A stretch of DNA of 64,000 bases from an uncultured Bariatricus sp. (GTDB lineage Bacteria > Bacillota > Clostridia > Lachnospirales > Lachnospiraceae), in the NCBI GenBank assembly GCA_934320645.1, contig CAKRFP010000012.1, forward strand, positions 388 to 64,387, written 5' to 3'. The position numbers were made by a program, and so were the translations under genes. Positions 37,099-46,029 of this stretch are shown here, in pieces. Numbering within the stretch: position 1 is the first letter of the stretch; every line of letters begins with the position of its first letter. The notes beneath the pieces were generated by a model. It made no database searches. It was not told the DNA's origin and saw nothing but the letters and a program-made list of their open reading frames with translations.

Positions 37099-38034
37099 GT
37101 GAAAATAGTTTTTTTGGATGTAAAAACAATTGGAGAAGATATTGATCTTTCTGGATTTGACAGGTTTGGAGAAGTCGTAAAATACGATTTTTCTACATCA
37201 GAAGAAGTACCGGAAAGAGTTCAGGATGCAGATGTGATCATTTTGAATAAAGTACAGGTCAATGAGCAGATGATTGGAAAAGCAGAGAAGTTAAAGCTGG
37301 TATGTGTGACGGCAACGGGGACCAACAATCTGGATAAAGAATATCTGGAAAAAAGAGGAGTTGCATGGAGAAATGTAGCCGGCTATTCGACAGAAACGGT
37401 GGCACAGCACACTTTTGCAATGCTTCTCTATCTGCTGGAAAAGATGCGTTATTACGATGATTATGTGAAAGAAGAGCGTTACATCAATGATACAATATTT
37501 ACGCATTTTGCAGAGCATTTCACGGAGATCAGCGGCAAAACGTGGGGAATCATAGGTCTGGGAACAATTGGCCGGAGAGTTGCGGATATCGCAAAAGCAT
37601 TTGGAGCACAGATTATTTATTACTCTGCATCAGGGCGTCCGGCGCAGGGAGGTTACGAACAGGTAGATCTGGATACATTGCTTGCGAAATCTGACATCAT
37701 ATCCGTTCATGCACCGTTAAATGAACATACAGAGGGCTTAATGGATAAAGCAGCTTTTTCAAAAATGAAAAAAACCTGTATTTTCCTGAATCTCGGACGT
37801 GGTCCGATCGTAGTCGAGCAGGATCTGTATGAGGCACTGGAAAATGACGAGATAGCTGCAGCCGGACTTGACGTACTTTGCCAGGAGCCGATGAGTGAGA
37901 CGAATCCGCTGCGAAAAATAAAAGACAGCAAAAAACTGCTGATTACACCACATGTAGCATGGGCGAGCGTAGAAGCAAGGACAAAGCTGATGGGGATTAT
38001 ACTTGGACAGATAAAAGAATATTTTCAAATTTAA
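37099..38034 (+). CDS. D-isomer specific 2-hydroxyacid dehydrogenase (glycerate dehydrogenase-like)
   Basis: NAD fold GLGTIGRRVA, catalytic R..E..H context (LNLGRG, TPHVAW); GTG start. Confidence 0.85.
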   Translation: MKIVFLDVKTIGEDIDLSGFDRFGEVVKYDFSTSEEVPERVQDADVIILNKVQVNEQMIGKAEKLKLVCVTATGTNNLDKEYLEKRGVAWRNVAGYSTETVAQHTFAMLLYLLEKMRYYDDYVKEERYINDTIFTHFAEHFTEISGKTWGIIGLGTIGRRVADIAKAFGAQIIYYSASGRPAQGGYEQVDLDTLLAKSDIISVHAPLNEHTEGLMDKAAFSKMKKTCIFLNLGRGPIVVEQDLYEALENDEIAAAGLDVLCQEPMSETNPLRKIKDSKKLLITPHVAWASVEARTKLMGIILGQIKEYFQI

Positions 38035-38045
38035 GAAACCGGAGT

Positions 38046-38095
38046 TGTCGCATGGATTTTAGTGATATGCGGCAACTCCGGTTTTGCTTAAAATA
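38046..38095. terminator. bidirectional intrinsic terminator
   Basis: AAACCGGAGTTG..CAACTCCGGTTTT. Confidence 0.75.
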
Positions 38096-38149
38096 TTTGT
38101 TTACTTGTAAAGAGTCACAAACTGTCCAATCTGTCCGTCAGACAACCTT

Positions 38150-39370
38150 TTACATCTCCGCGTATAATTTCACAAGCTCAACCACAATATCCACAGCCTT
38201 GTCCATTCCCTCCGCCGTGATGTGTTCATATGGTCCATGGAATGCATGTCCCCCTGTTCCAAGGTTCGGGCAAGGAAGTCCCATAAAGCTGAGCTGGCAT
38301 CCGTCTGTGCCGCCGCGGATCGGAAGCACAAGCGGTGCAACACCCGCATTTTCGCAGGCTTTCTTTGCATTCTCAATCAGATGCATGCATCCGGCAATAA
38401 TCTCAGCCATATTCTGGTACTGGTCAGTAATCGTAAGCTTTACAGTGCCGTCTCCCCATTTTTCATTGAGGTTCTTCTCAATATGGCGAAGAGTTTCCTT
38501 TCTGGCTTCAAACAGATTCTTGTCATGATCTCTTACAATATAATGAAGCTCTGCTTTTGCCACATCTCCACTCATACCGGTCAGATGGTAGAATCCTTCA
38601 TAATCCTCCGTTTCACGCGGGATTTCAAGCCCTGGGAGCATATTATTAATTTCAGCAGCAACCAGGCACGCATTGATCATCGTATCCTTGCTGGAACCCG
38701 GATGCACAGCAAAGCCTGTAATTTCAAAATCTGCCTTGCATGCATTGAAGTTTTCATACTGAATTTCGCCTTCGGTATCGCCATCCAGAGTGTAGGCAAA
38801 CTGTGCACCAAATTTTTCCACATTAAAATGATCAGTTCCACCACCGACTTCTTCATCTGGTGTAAAAGCGATTGAGATCGGTCCGTGCGGAATATTTTCT
38901 TTGATCAGTGCTTCAGCCATGGTCATGATCTCGGCAACTCCGGCTTTATCATCGGCACCAAGAACGGTTGTACCGTCTGTTGTGATCAGGGTGCGTCCGG
39001 CAAGAGATGGAAGATGCGGAAAATCTTTTACGGTAAGGGTACGTCCACTTGTGCCAAGCGGCAGATCACCGCCATTGTAGTTTTTGTGTACGACCGGGAT
39101 GATGTCATGGTCACAGTAATCGGAAACAGTATCCATGTGTGCGATAAATCCGATAGATGGCTTATTCTCGTATCCCGGTGTGGCAGGAAGCTTTCCGTAT
39201 ACATAGCAGAATTCATCCAGACTTACGTCAGAAATCCCGAGGGCAGTCATCTCATCTGCCAGAATACGTGCCAGGTCGAACTGACACTGGGAAGAAGGAG
39301 AAGTCGTACTGTGTTCGTCACTTGGGGTACGGACTACTACATAATTTAAAAGTCGTTCATATGCTCTCAT
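38150..39370 (-). CDS. pepT: peptidase T (tripeptide aminopeptidase, M20B)
   Basis: ERLLNYV..T.SDE, IGFIAHMDT, GADDKAG, TPDEEVG, GGTDG motifs; ATG 39370 after AAGAGG. Confidence 0.9.
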   Translation of the reverse strand: MRAYERLLNYVVVRTPSDEHSTTSPSSQCQFDLARILADEMTALGISDVSLDEFCYVYGKLPATPGYENKPSIGFIAHMDTVSDYCDHDIIPVVHKNYNGGDLPLGTSGRTLTVKDFPHLPSLAGRTLITTDGTTVLGADDKAGVAEIMTMAEALIKENIPHGPISIAFTPDEEVGGGTDHFNVEKFGAQFAYTLDGDTEGEIQYENFNACKADFEITGFAVHPGSSKDTMINACLVAAEINNMLPGLEIPRETEDYEGFYHLTGMSGDVAKAELHYIVRDHDKNLFEARKETLRHIEKNLNEKWGDGTVKLTITDQYQNMAEIIAGCMHLIENAKKACENAGVAPLVLPIRGGTDGCQLSFMGLPCPNLGTGGHAFHGPYEHITAEGMDKAVDIVVELVKLYAEM

Positions 39371-39460
39371 AATCAAACCTCTTTTCATTAACATTTCTTA
39401 TCCGAGTATAGCATTTTGCAGGTGAAAATGCAATTTTAAAAATAGATTATTCAATCTGTT

Positions 39461-39541
39461 ACGTCCTTAAAAATGTATGTTCAATACGAAAATACGTCCT
39501 TAAAAATGTATTTCTATACAAAAATACGTCCTTAAAAATGT
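39461..39541 (+). repeat. three direct repeats of ACGTCCTTAAAAATGT (32-33 bp periodicity)
   Basis: Copies at 39461, 39494, 39526 in the pepT / ATPase divergent intergenic region. Confidence 0.85.
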
Positions 39542-39629
39542 TGAACCACACATTTTTTAGTGATAAAATAAAAATAAACAGGATATAATGTTTATAGAAT
39601 CATAGATCATAAAGCAAGGAGGATGCCAG

Positions 39630-40973
39630 ATGAAGCGCTTTGCATTAGAAAAATTAAAAGAGTGGAAGAAAAAAGCAAACAGGAAACCTTTGATTATCCG
39701 TGGAGCCAGACAGGTAGGAAAAACATGGCTAATGAAAGAATTTGGAAGGACATGTTTTGAAAAAGTTGCTTATGTAAACTTTGACAGTAACACAAGAATG
39801 CAACAGGTATTTGATGGTGAAATTAATATAGAAAGAATCATACTGGCAATCAGTGCAGAAACAGGAATTTCCATTGATGTGAAAGACACATTGCTGATAT
39901 TTGATGAAGTACAGGAAGTCCCGAAAGCATTGTCTTCTCTGAAATATTTTTGCGAAAATGCTCCTGAATATGCAATTGTGGCAGCAGGTTCTCTTTTGGG
40001 TGTGGCATTGCATAAAGGAACTTCTTTTCCGGTTGGAAAGGTAGATTTTATGGATCTTTATCCATTGACATTTCAGGAATTTTTGTGCGCATTAGGAGAG
40101 GAACGCTTCGTAAATATTCTTCAGGGAACGGATACCGATATGGTGACAACATTCAAATCTAAATATATAGACCGGTTACGCGAATATTATTATGTAGGTG
40201 GCATGCCGGAAGTAGTACAGACGTATGTAGAAACGAAGGATTTTAATCAGGTCAGAGAGATACAGAAGAACCTGTTGAATTATTATCAACAGGATTTTTC
40301 AAAACACGCCGAGACTTCATTGGTTCCAAGACTGAATCTTGTATGGAATTCGATTCCGATGCAGTTGGCGAAGGAAAATAAAAAATATATCTATGGACAG
40401 GTGAGAAAAGGATCAAGGGCAAAAGATTTTGAGCTGGCAATACAATGGCTTTTAGACTGTGGATTGATTCATAAGGTACAAAGAGCAGGGAAAGCTGCGC
40501 TGCCACTGAAGGCATATCTGGATTTGGATGTGTTCAAAATATATCTTCTGGATGTGGGGCTTTTGATGGCGATGACGGATATGGATGCGCAGGTAATTAT
40601 CGATGGAAACCGTATATTTACAGAGTTTAAAGGTGCGTTAACGGAGCAGTATGTTTTACAGCAGCTGATCGCACTGGATCATATAGAACCGTATTACTAT
40701 TCGACTGCAAATTCCAGTGGTGAAATTGATTTCCTATTACAGGGAAGAACTTCGATTATTCCGTTGGAAGTGAAAGCGGAGGAAAATTTGAGGGCAAAAA
40801 GCCTGAAAGCGTTCTGTGAAAAATATAAGCCTAAATATGCCGTAAGAACGTCAATGTCAGATTACCGGGAACAGGAATGGATGACAAATATTCCTTTGTA
40901 TAATATCGACAGGATCAAAGAATATCTGGAACAGAAAAAAGCTGAAAATATGAAAAATTATGGAAATCTATAA
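39630..40973 (+). CDS. AAA+ ATPase with DUF4143-type C-terminal domain
   Basis: Walker A GARQVGKT, Walker B LLIFDEVQ; 447 aa architecture typical of AAA_14+DUF4143 proteins. Confidence 0.8.
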   Translation: MKRFALEKLKEWKKKANRKPLIIRGARQVGKTWLMKEFGRTCFEKVAYVNFDSNTRMQQVFDGEINIERIILAISAETGISIDVKDTLLIFDEVQEVPKALSSLKYFCENAPEYAIVAAGSLLGVALHKGTSFPVGKVDFMDLYPLTFQEFLCALGEERFVNILQGTDTDMVTTFKSKYIDRLREYYYVGGMPEVVQTYVETKDFNQVREIQKNLLNYYQQDFSKHAETSLVPRLNLVWNSIPMQLAKENKKYIYGQVRKGSRAKDFELAIQWLLDCGLIHKVQRAGKAALPLKAYLDLDVFKIYLLDVGLLMAMTDMDAQVIIDGNRIFTEFKGALTEQYVLQQLIALDHIEPYYYSTANSSGEIDFLLQGRTSIIPLEVKAEENLRAKSLKAFCEKYKPKYAVRTSMSDYREQEWMTNIPLYNIDRIKEYLEQKKAENMKNYGNL

Positions 40974-41147
40974 GGGATGAAAAATAAAAAATTGCACAAA
41001 ACAAATAAAAAAGTTTGAAAAACAGCAAAAATATTGGTCAAAAAAGATGTGATTTTGGTTAATCTTGATAATCCATGAGTGTTATAATACAGCTGTAACA
41101 AGGAAATAGGTACTTTACCAGAAGTCAGTGATTGGAGGAAAAGATAA

Positions 41148-41729
41148 ATGAATACTTTAAAAGCTGAAAAAAGAAATATGCAGACAAAAGCCAAAAAACT
41201 CAGAAGAGAAGGTTATGTAACCGGCAATGTATTCGGACGTGAGATTGAAGGCTCCATTCCGGTACAGATGACACAGAAAGAAGCGGAAAAGTTCCTGAAA
41301 GCCAATGGCAAAGGAAGCCAGATCATGCTGGATCTGGATGGAGAGCAGATGGATGTGCTGGTAAAAGAAGTCGATTATGATTCTATGGGTTCAAAAGTAC
41401 TTGAAATAGATTTTCAGGCACTGGTAAGTGGAGAAATGGTACATTCCGTAGCAGAAGTTGTGATCCACAATCAGTCAAAGGTTGTCACAGGTGTTGTTGA
41501 GGAACTGCTTAGTGAAATTGAATACAAAGCACTTCCATCTGCACTTGTTGAAAAAGTAATTGTTGACGTTGGAGATTTGAAGGTCGGAGAAACCATTAAA
41601 GTCAAAGACCTTGACATCGCAAAAGATAAAGATGTCAAGCTGATCACAGATCCGGAAGCAGATGTAGCAGGTGTGGCTGCTGTTCATAATGATGTTCCGG
41701 AAACAGATGAAGAAGAAGCAGCTGAATAA
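41148..41729 (+). CDS. rplY: 50S ribosomal protein L25 / general stress protein Ctc
   Basis: N-terminal LKAEKR....KKLRREGYVTGNVFG L25 signature plus Ctc-type C-terminal domain and acidic tail. Confidence 0.85.
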   Translation: MNTLKAEKRNMQTKAKKLRREGYVTGNVFGREIEGSIPVQMTQKEAEKFLKANGKGSQIMLDLDGEQMDVLVKEVDYDSMGSKVLEIDFQALVSGEMVHSVAEVVIHNQSKVVTGVVEELLSEIEYKALPSALVEKVIVDVGDLKVGETIKVKDLDIAKDKDVKLITDPEADVAGVAAVHNDVPETDEEEAAE

Positions 41730-41748
41730 AAAGATTTTGTAAAAAAGG

Positions 41749-41789
41749 CGGACGCTTTGCAGAAAGAACTGCGAAGTGTCTGTTTTTTT
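41749..41789 (+). terminator. intrinsic terminator after rplY
   Basis: Imperfect GC hairpin followed by TTTTTTT. Confidence 0.55.
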
Positions 41790-41874
41790 ATTTCATAGGA
41801 GATTCCGAAGGAACTTCCTAATCCCATTTTTTAGCAGGCAATTATAACGGAATATTTACATAAAATCAGAAATC

Positions 41875-41891
41875 TTTATACAATCTTTATA
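41875..41891 (+). promoter_or_regulatory. KdpE-type response-regulator box TTTATA-N5-TTTATA
   Basis: Direct hexamer repeat with 11-bp periodicity, 65 nt upstream of the first ORF of the ktr-kdpDE operon. Confidence 0.45.
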
Positions 41892-41955
41892 CTAAAAATA
41901 CTATCATTGATTTGAAAAAACAGGAGAGTAAAAACAGTAAGAGGAAGGAAAGGTT

Positions 41956-42114
41956 ATGTTCGAGATTGAGAGTATTATTTTATTTACAGGGATCCTGAGC
42001 TTTTTGCTGATCGCCGGATTGCATCTGATGCGTGAACTCGATAGTTTCCTGAAGAAGGATAAAGAAGAGAGAGAGGAAGAAAGATACAGAGGGGAAAGGA
42101 AACAAAACAAATGA
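41956..42114 (+). CDS. small membrane protein (52 aa), translationally coupled to ktrB
   Basis: GAGGAAGGAAAGG RBS, ATG 41956; one TM (IILFTGILSFLLIAGL) plus K/E/R-rich tail; stop TGA overlaps the ktrB ATG (ATGA); below the ORF-track size cutoff. Confidence 0.5.
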   Translation: MFEIESIILFTGILSFLLIAGLHLMRELDSFLKKDKEEREEERYRGERKQNK

Positions 42115-43451
42115 CAGTATTATATAAAAAGATGACACAGACGCAGATGATTGTTGTCGGGTATTTGCTGCTGATTCTTTCGGGAAGTATTCTCTTAATG
42201 CTTCCGGTTTCATCAAGGGATGGAAATATGACATCTTTTGCAGATGCATTATTTACCTCGACATCCGCATCCTGTGTGACGGGGCTGGTTGTACAGGATA
42301 CGTATCAGCACTGGTCTTTTTTTGGACAGCTTATCATTTTGATCCTGATCCAGATCGGTGGTATGGGATTTATGACGCTTGGTGTCTGTGTGGCAATTCT
42401 GTTAAGAAGAAAGATAGGGCTTAAAGTCCGCGGAATTTTGCAGGAGAGTATCAATAGTATTCAGATTGGTGGAATTGTAAAGCTTACGAAGAAGATTATT
42501 AAAGGAACACTTTTTTTTGAAAGCATTGGAGCCGTATTGCTGATGATCCGGTTTATTCCGGAATTTGGAATAGGAAAAGGGATCTGGTATGGGATCTTTC
42601 ATTCCATATCAGCCTTTTGCAATGCTGGATTTGATCTTATGGGAGAGAATGGTGCCTACCAGTCACTGGTCAGATATTCGGATGACTGGCTGGTAAATAC
42701 AGTGATCATGCTGCTGATCATAATTGGTGGAATCGGTTTTTTGGTGTGGGATGATCTGTCTGTGAAAAAATTTCAATGGAAAAAATATCATCTGCATACA
42801 AAGATTGTATTATCAACAACAGGTTTTCTGATTATAGCAGGAGCAGTTTTATTCCTGATACTGGAAAAAAATAATGTACTGGCAGGGATGCCTGTGAAAG
42901 AACAGATACTCTGTTCTTTATTTCACTCGGTGACAGCCAGAACGGCAGGATTTAATACAACCGATACAGGAGCGTTGACGGAAGGCAGTAAACTTGTTAC
43001 TATGATTCTGATGTTCATAGGAGGAAGCCCGGGATCTACAGCAGGTGGAATTAAGACGACAACCGTAGTGGTTCTCATTGTATTTGTGCGTGCAAATCTG
43101 ATGGAAGCAGCCGGTTGTAATGTATTTAACAGAAGACTGGATGAAACTGCGATCAGAAAAGCCAGTGTTGTAATGTGTACGAATCTGTTCCTTATACTAA
43201 CAGGAACGATCTTCATGGAAATTATGCAGCCGTTTTCTTTGGCGGATGTGATGTTTGAAGTTTTTTCTGCAATGGGAACAGTGGGAATGTCTGCGGGAAT
43301 CACAAGAGATGTATGCATGGCATCAAGAATGATGCTGGTATTTCTGATGTTTTGCGGAAGAATAGGAAGTCTGACATTTGCACTTTCACTGAAAGGGCAC
43401 AGACATGAAGCACCGATCCGGAAACCGGTAGAAGAAATTACGATAGGATAG
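42111..43451 (+). CDS. ktrB: TrkH/KtrB family potassium uptake membrane subunit
   Basis: 446 aa, four MPM repeats with selectivity-filter-like glycines (QIGGMG, IIGGIG, FIGGSPGSTAGG). Confidence 0.85.
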   Translation: MTVLYKKMTQTQMIVVGYLLLILSGSILLMLPVSSRDGNMTSFADALFTSTSASCVTGLVVQDTYQHWSFFGQLIILILIQIGGMGFMTLGVCVAILLRRKIGLKVRGILQESINSIQIGGIVKLTKKIIKGTLFFESIGAVLLMIRFIPEFGIGKGIWYGIFHSISAFCNAGFDLMGENGAYQSLVRYSDDWLVNTVIMLLIIIGGIGFLVWDDLSVKKFQWKKYHLHTKIVLSTTGFLIIAGAVLFLILEKNNVLAGMPVKEQILCSLFHSVTARTAGFNTTDTGALTEGSKLVTMILMFIGGSPGSTAGGIKTTTVVVLIVFVRANLMEAAGCNVFNRRLDETAIRKASVVMCTNLFLILTGTIFMEIMQPFSLADVMFEVFSAMGTVGMSAGITRDVCMASRMMLVFLMFCGRIGSLTFALSLKGHRHEAPIRKPVEEITIG

Positions 43452-43467
43452 AACGAGGAGTAGAAAA

Positions 43468-44121
43468 ATGAAATCAGTATTGATTATAGGACTTGGAAGA
43501 TTTGGTCATCATCTGTGTATTGATATGGCCAATCGGGGAAATGAGGTAATGGTCATCGATAAAGATGAGAAAAAGACAACGGATTTACTGGAATACGCAA
43601 CGGCAGTACGGGTAGGGGACTGTACAAATGAAGAAGTATTAAGAAGTCTTGGAGTAGGAAATTTCGATCTTTGCTTTGTGTGCATCGGATCAAATTTCCA
43701 GAGCAGTCTGGAGATAACAAGCCTGGTAAAAGAGCTTGGAGCCAAACATGTTGTCAGTAAGGCGAACAGGGATATCCATGCAAAATTTTTATTGAGAAAC
43801 GGAGCGGATGAAGTCTTTTATCCGGATCGGGATATTGCAGAACGACTGGCTGTAAAATACAGTGCAAATCATGTTTTTGACTATTTTGAACTCAGTAAGG
43901 ATTATTCGATTTTTGAAATCCAGCCGAAGTCTGCATGGATCGGGCGGACGATAGAAGAAGCGGATATAAGGGCAAACTATCATATAAATGTATTTGGAAT
44001 AAAGAAAAATGCAGAGCTGGTGGTCCTTCCGAGAGCGGATTATGTGATGCATGAGAAGGATCATCTGCTTGTAGTAGGTCTTACAAAGGATATTGACCGT
44101 CTGCTTGCAAGTATGAAATAA
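43468..44121 (+). CDS. ktrA: TrkA/KtrA potassium uptake peripheral subunit (RCK domain)
   Basis: Rossmann GLGRFG N-terminus, 217 aa RCK_N+RCK_C. Confidence 0.85.
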   Translation: MKSVLIIGLGRFGHHLCIDMANRGNEVMVIDKDEKKTTDLLEYATAVRVGDCTNEEVLRSLGVGNFDLCFVCIGSNFQSSLEITSLVKELGAKHVVSKANRDIHAKFLLRNGADEVFYPDRDIAERLAVKYSANHVFDYFELSKDYSIFEIQPKSAWIGRTIEEADIRANYHINVFGIKKNAELVVLPRADYVMHEKDHLLVVGLTKDIDRLLASMK

Positions 44122-45209
44122 TGAATGATGGGGGAAAGAAAATGATAAAAGAGAGAGTAAAATATATGGTGCACTCGGTTGCGATCATGGCGGTTGCAAC
44201 ATTTTTGTCTTTTTTTCTCCAGAGTTATGGAATTCGAAAAGAAAATATTCTGATGATCTATATTGTAGGTGTACTGGTCATAACAGTTACAACTACCGGT
44301 TATCTGTATGGAATGATGGCTTCAGTATGCAGTGTGCTGCTGTTTAATTATTTTTTTACAGTGCCGGTGCATACATTTGCGATGACGGATCAGAATGATG
44401 TGGTACTTCTGGTGTTTTTCCTTATCACAGGATTTATTTCCGCAAGTATTATGGTACGATTTCATAATCAGGTGCGTATTGCAGAGGAAACAAGGGCACA
44501 GATGGAAAGAGAAAAGTTGAAAAGCAATATGCTGAGAAGTATTTCCCATGATTTCAGGACACCTTTGACCGGAATCATGGGAGATGCTGGACTTTTAAAA
44601 GAGGCGGATGATCTGGATGCCGGAGTCAGAAAGGAACTGGCAGGAGAGATACAGGAGCAGTCTGTATGGCTGATGCGCCTGATGGAAAATATTTTGAATA
44701 TGACAAAGCTGGAAAGTGAAGAATTTGAGATCCGGAAAGACCAGGAAGTAGTGGATGATCTGATCTATGAAGCCGTATCACATATCATAGGACTCCGGGA
44801 AAAGAGGAGATTTGAAATTAAACTTCCGTCGGAGCTGATCGTTGTAAATGTAGATGGAAAACTGATGGTCCAGGTGCTGGTCAATCTTCTGGATAATGCG
44901 ATGAAGCATACAGGGGAAAATGGATGGATCTGTATAGAAGCCAGATATGATGCAGGAAAAGTGTGGATCAGTGTAGAGGATGACGGAGACGGGATTCCAG
45001 AAGATCTGAAAGAAAATATTTTTGACGAATTTGTTACAAGGTCAGATGAAAAAGGGGACAGACAAAGAGGAATCGGTCTGGGACTGGCTATATGTAAAGC
45101 GGTAGTAAATGCACATGGTGGAAATATTTGTGCAGAGAACAGAAAAGAAGGCGGAGCAAGGTTCATGTTCTGGCTGGAGGCAAGGCAGGTAAGTACAGAT
45201 GGCAGATAA
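44121..45209 (+). CDS. sensor histidine kinase, KdpD C-terminal type (DUF4118 TM module + HisKA + HATPase), lacking the KdpD N-terminal/Usp domains
   Basis: H box SHDFRTPL, N box LLDNAMKHT, G boxes DDGDGIP and GIGLGLAICK; start may be 44142. Confidence 0.85.
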   Translation: MNDGGKKMIKERVKYMVHSVAIMAVATFLSFFLQSYGIRKENILMIYIVGVLVITVTTTGYLYGMMASVCSVLLFNYFFTVPVHTFAMTDQNDVVLLVFFLITGFISASIMVRFHNQVRIAEETRAQMEREKLKSNMLRSISHDFRTPLTGIMGDAGLLKEADDLDAGVRKELAGEIQEQSVWLMRLMENILNMTKLESEEFEIRKDQEVVDDLIYEAVSHIIGLREKRRFEIKLPSELIVVNVDGKLMVQVLVNLLDNAMKHTGENGWICIEARYDAGKVWISVEDDGDGIPEDLKENIFDEFVTRSDEKGDRQRGIGLGLAICKAVVNAHGGNICAENRKEGGARFMFWLEARQVSTDGR

Positions 45210-45900
45210 GCATAAAATTTTAATTGTGGAAGACGATAAATATATTATTAACTTTATCTCGATGAGTCTTAAGAAAGAAGATTATGATTTTGTGATTGCG
45301 AAGACATGTGGAGAAGCAAATGCACTGTTCTATGCAAACAGACCGGATATGATCATTCTGGATCTTGGACTTCCGGATGGTGACGGGATTGAGATTATAA
45401 AAAATGTAAGAGAGATCTCGAAGATACCGATCATTGTGGTCAGTGCAAGACAGGAAGAGGAAGAAAAAATACAGGCACTGGATCTGGGGGCAGATGATTA
45501 TGTGACAAAACCGTTTTATATGGGTGAACTGCTTGCCAGAATCCGTGTGGCGCTCAGAAAGAGTAACCAGATTCCGGAAGAAAAGAAAGAAAAAATCTTT
45601 CAGTGTGATTATCTGAAAGTGGACTGGGAAAAACATCAGGTATCGATTGATGAAAAAGAAGTTCATCTGACTCCGATGGAATATAAGATTTTGAAACTAT
45701 TGATCGACAACAGAGGAAAGGTACTGACACATAATTATATTCTCAGCCAGATCTGGGGCAGTGCACAGGGAGTAGAAGCAGCCAACCTGAGGGTATTTAT
45801 GGCAGCACTGCGAAGGAAGATAGAAAAAGATCCGGGAAATTGCAGATTTATTCTGACAGAAGTCGGAGTGGGGTACCGGTTTAGAGAGACTGCGGAATAA
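45199..45900 (+). CDS. OmpR-family response regulator, KdpE-like
   Basis: Receiver (ILDLGLPDGDG, KPF) plus winged-helix (LTPMEYKILKLL, GVGYRF); overlaps the kinase gene. Confidence 0.85.
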   Translation: MADKHKILIVEDDKYIINFISMSLKKEDYDFVIAKTCGEANALFYANRPDMIILDLGLPDGDGIEIIKNVREISKIPIIVVSARQEEEEKIQALDLGADDYVTKPFYMGELLARIRVALRKSNQIPEEKKEKIFQCDYLKVDWEKHQVSIDEKEVHLTPMEYKILKLLIDNRGKVLTHNYILSQIWGSAQGVEAANLRVFMAALRRKIEKDPGNCRFILTEVGVGYRFRETAE

Positions 45901-45974
45901 AACAATTTGCAGGCGAGGAAATTAGTTAGAAAAAACGAATGTTATTCTTGAATGACTACCTACAGGACTGATAT

Positions 45975-45993
45975 GATAATGATATAAATTATC
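45975..45993. promoter_or_regulatory. Fur box
   Basis: GATAATGATATAAATTATC matches 16/19 of GATAATGATAATCATTATC; 37 nt upstream of feoAB. Confidence 0.6.
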
Positions 45994-46029
45994 AATAAAT
46001 GGTTTTGACCAAAGGAGACAGATAGAGGA

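Noticed and set aside
38222-39349. Plus-strand ORFs of 217 and 154 aa
   Set aside because: They are antisense to pepT, whose M20B motifs are unambiguous. These are shadow ORFs.
41790-41955. c-di-AMP (ydaO/kimA-type) riboswitch upstream of the ktr operon
   Set aside because: I looked for the pseudo-twofold ACGGGGA / CCCA-type conserved cores and a long structured leader. The region is AT-rich and unstructured, and contains only the direct-repeat box.
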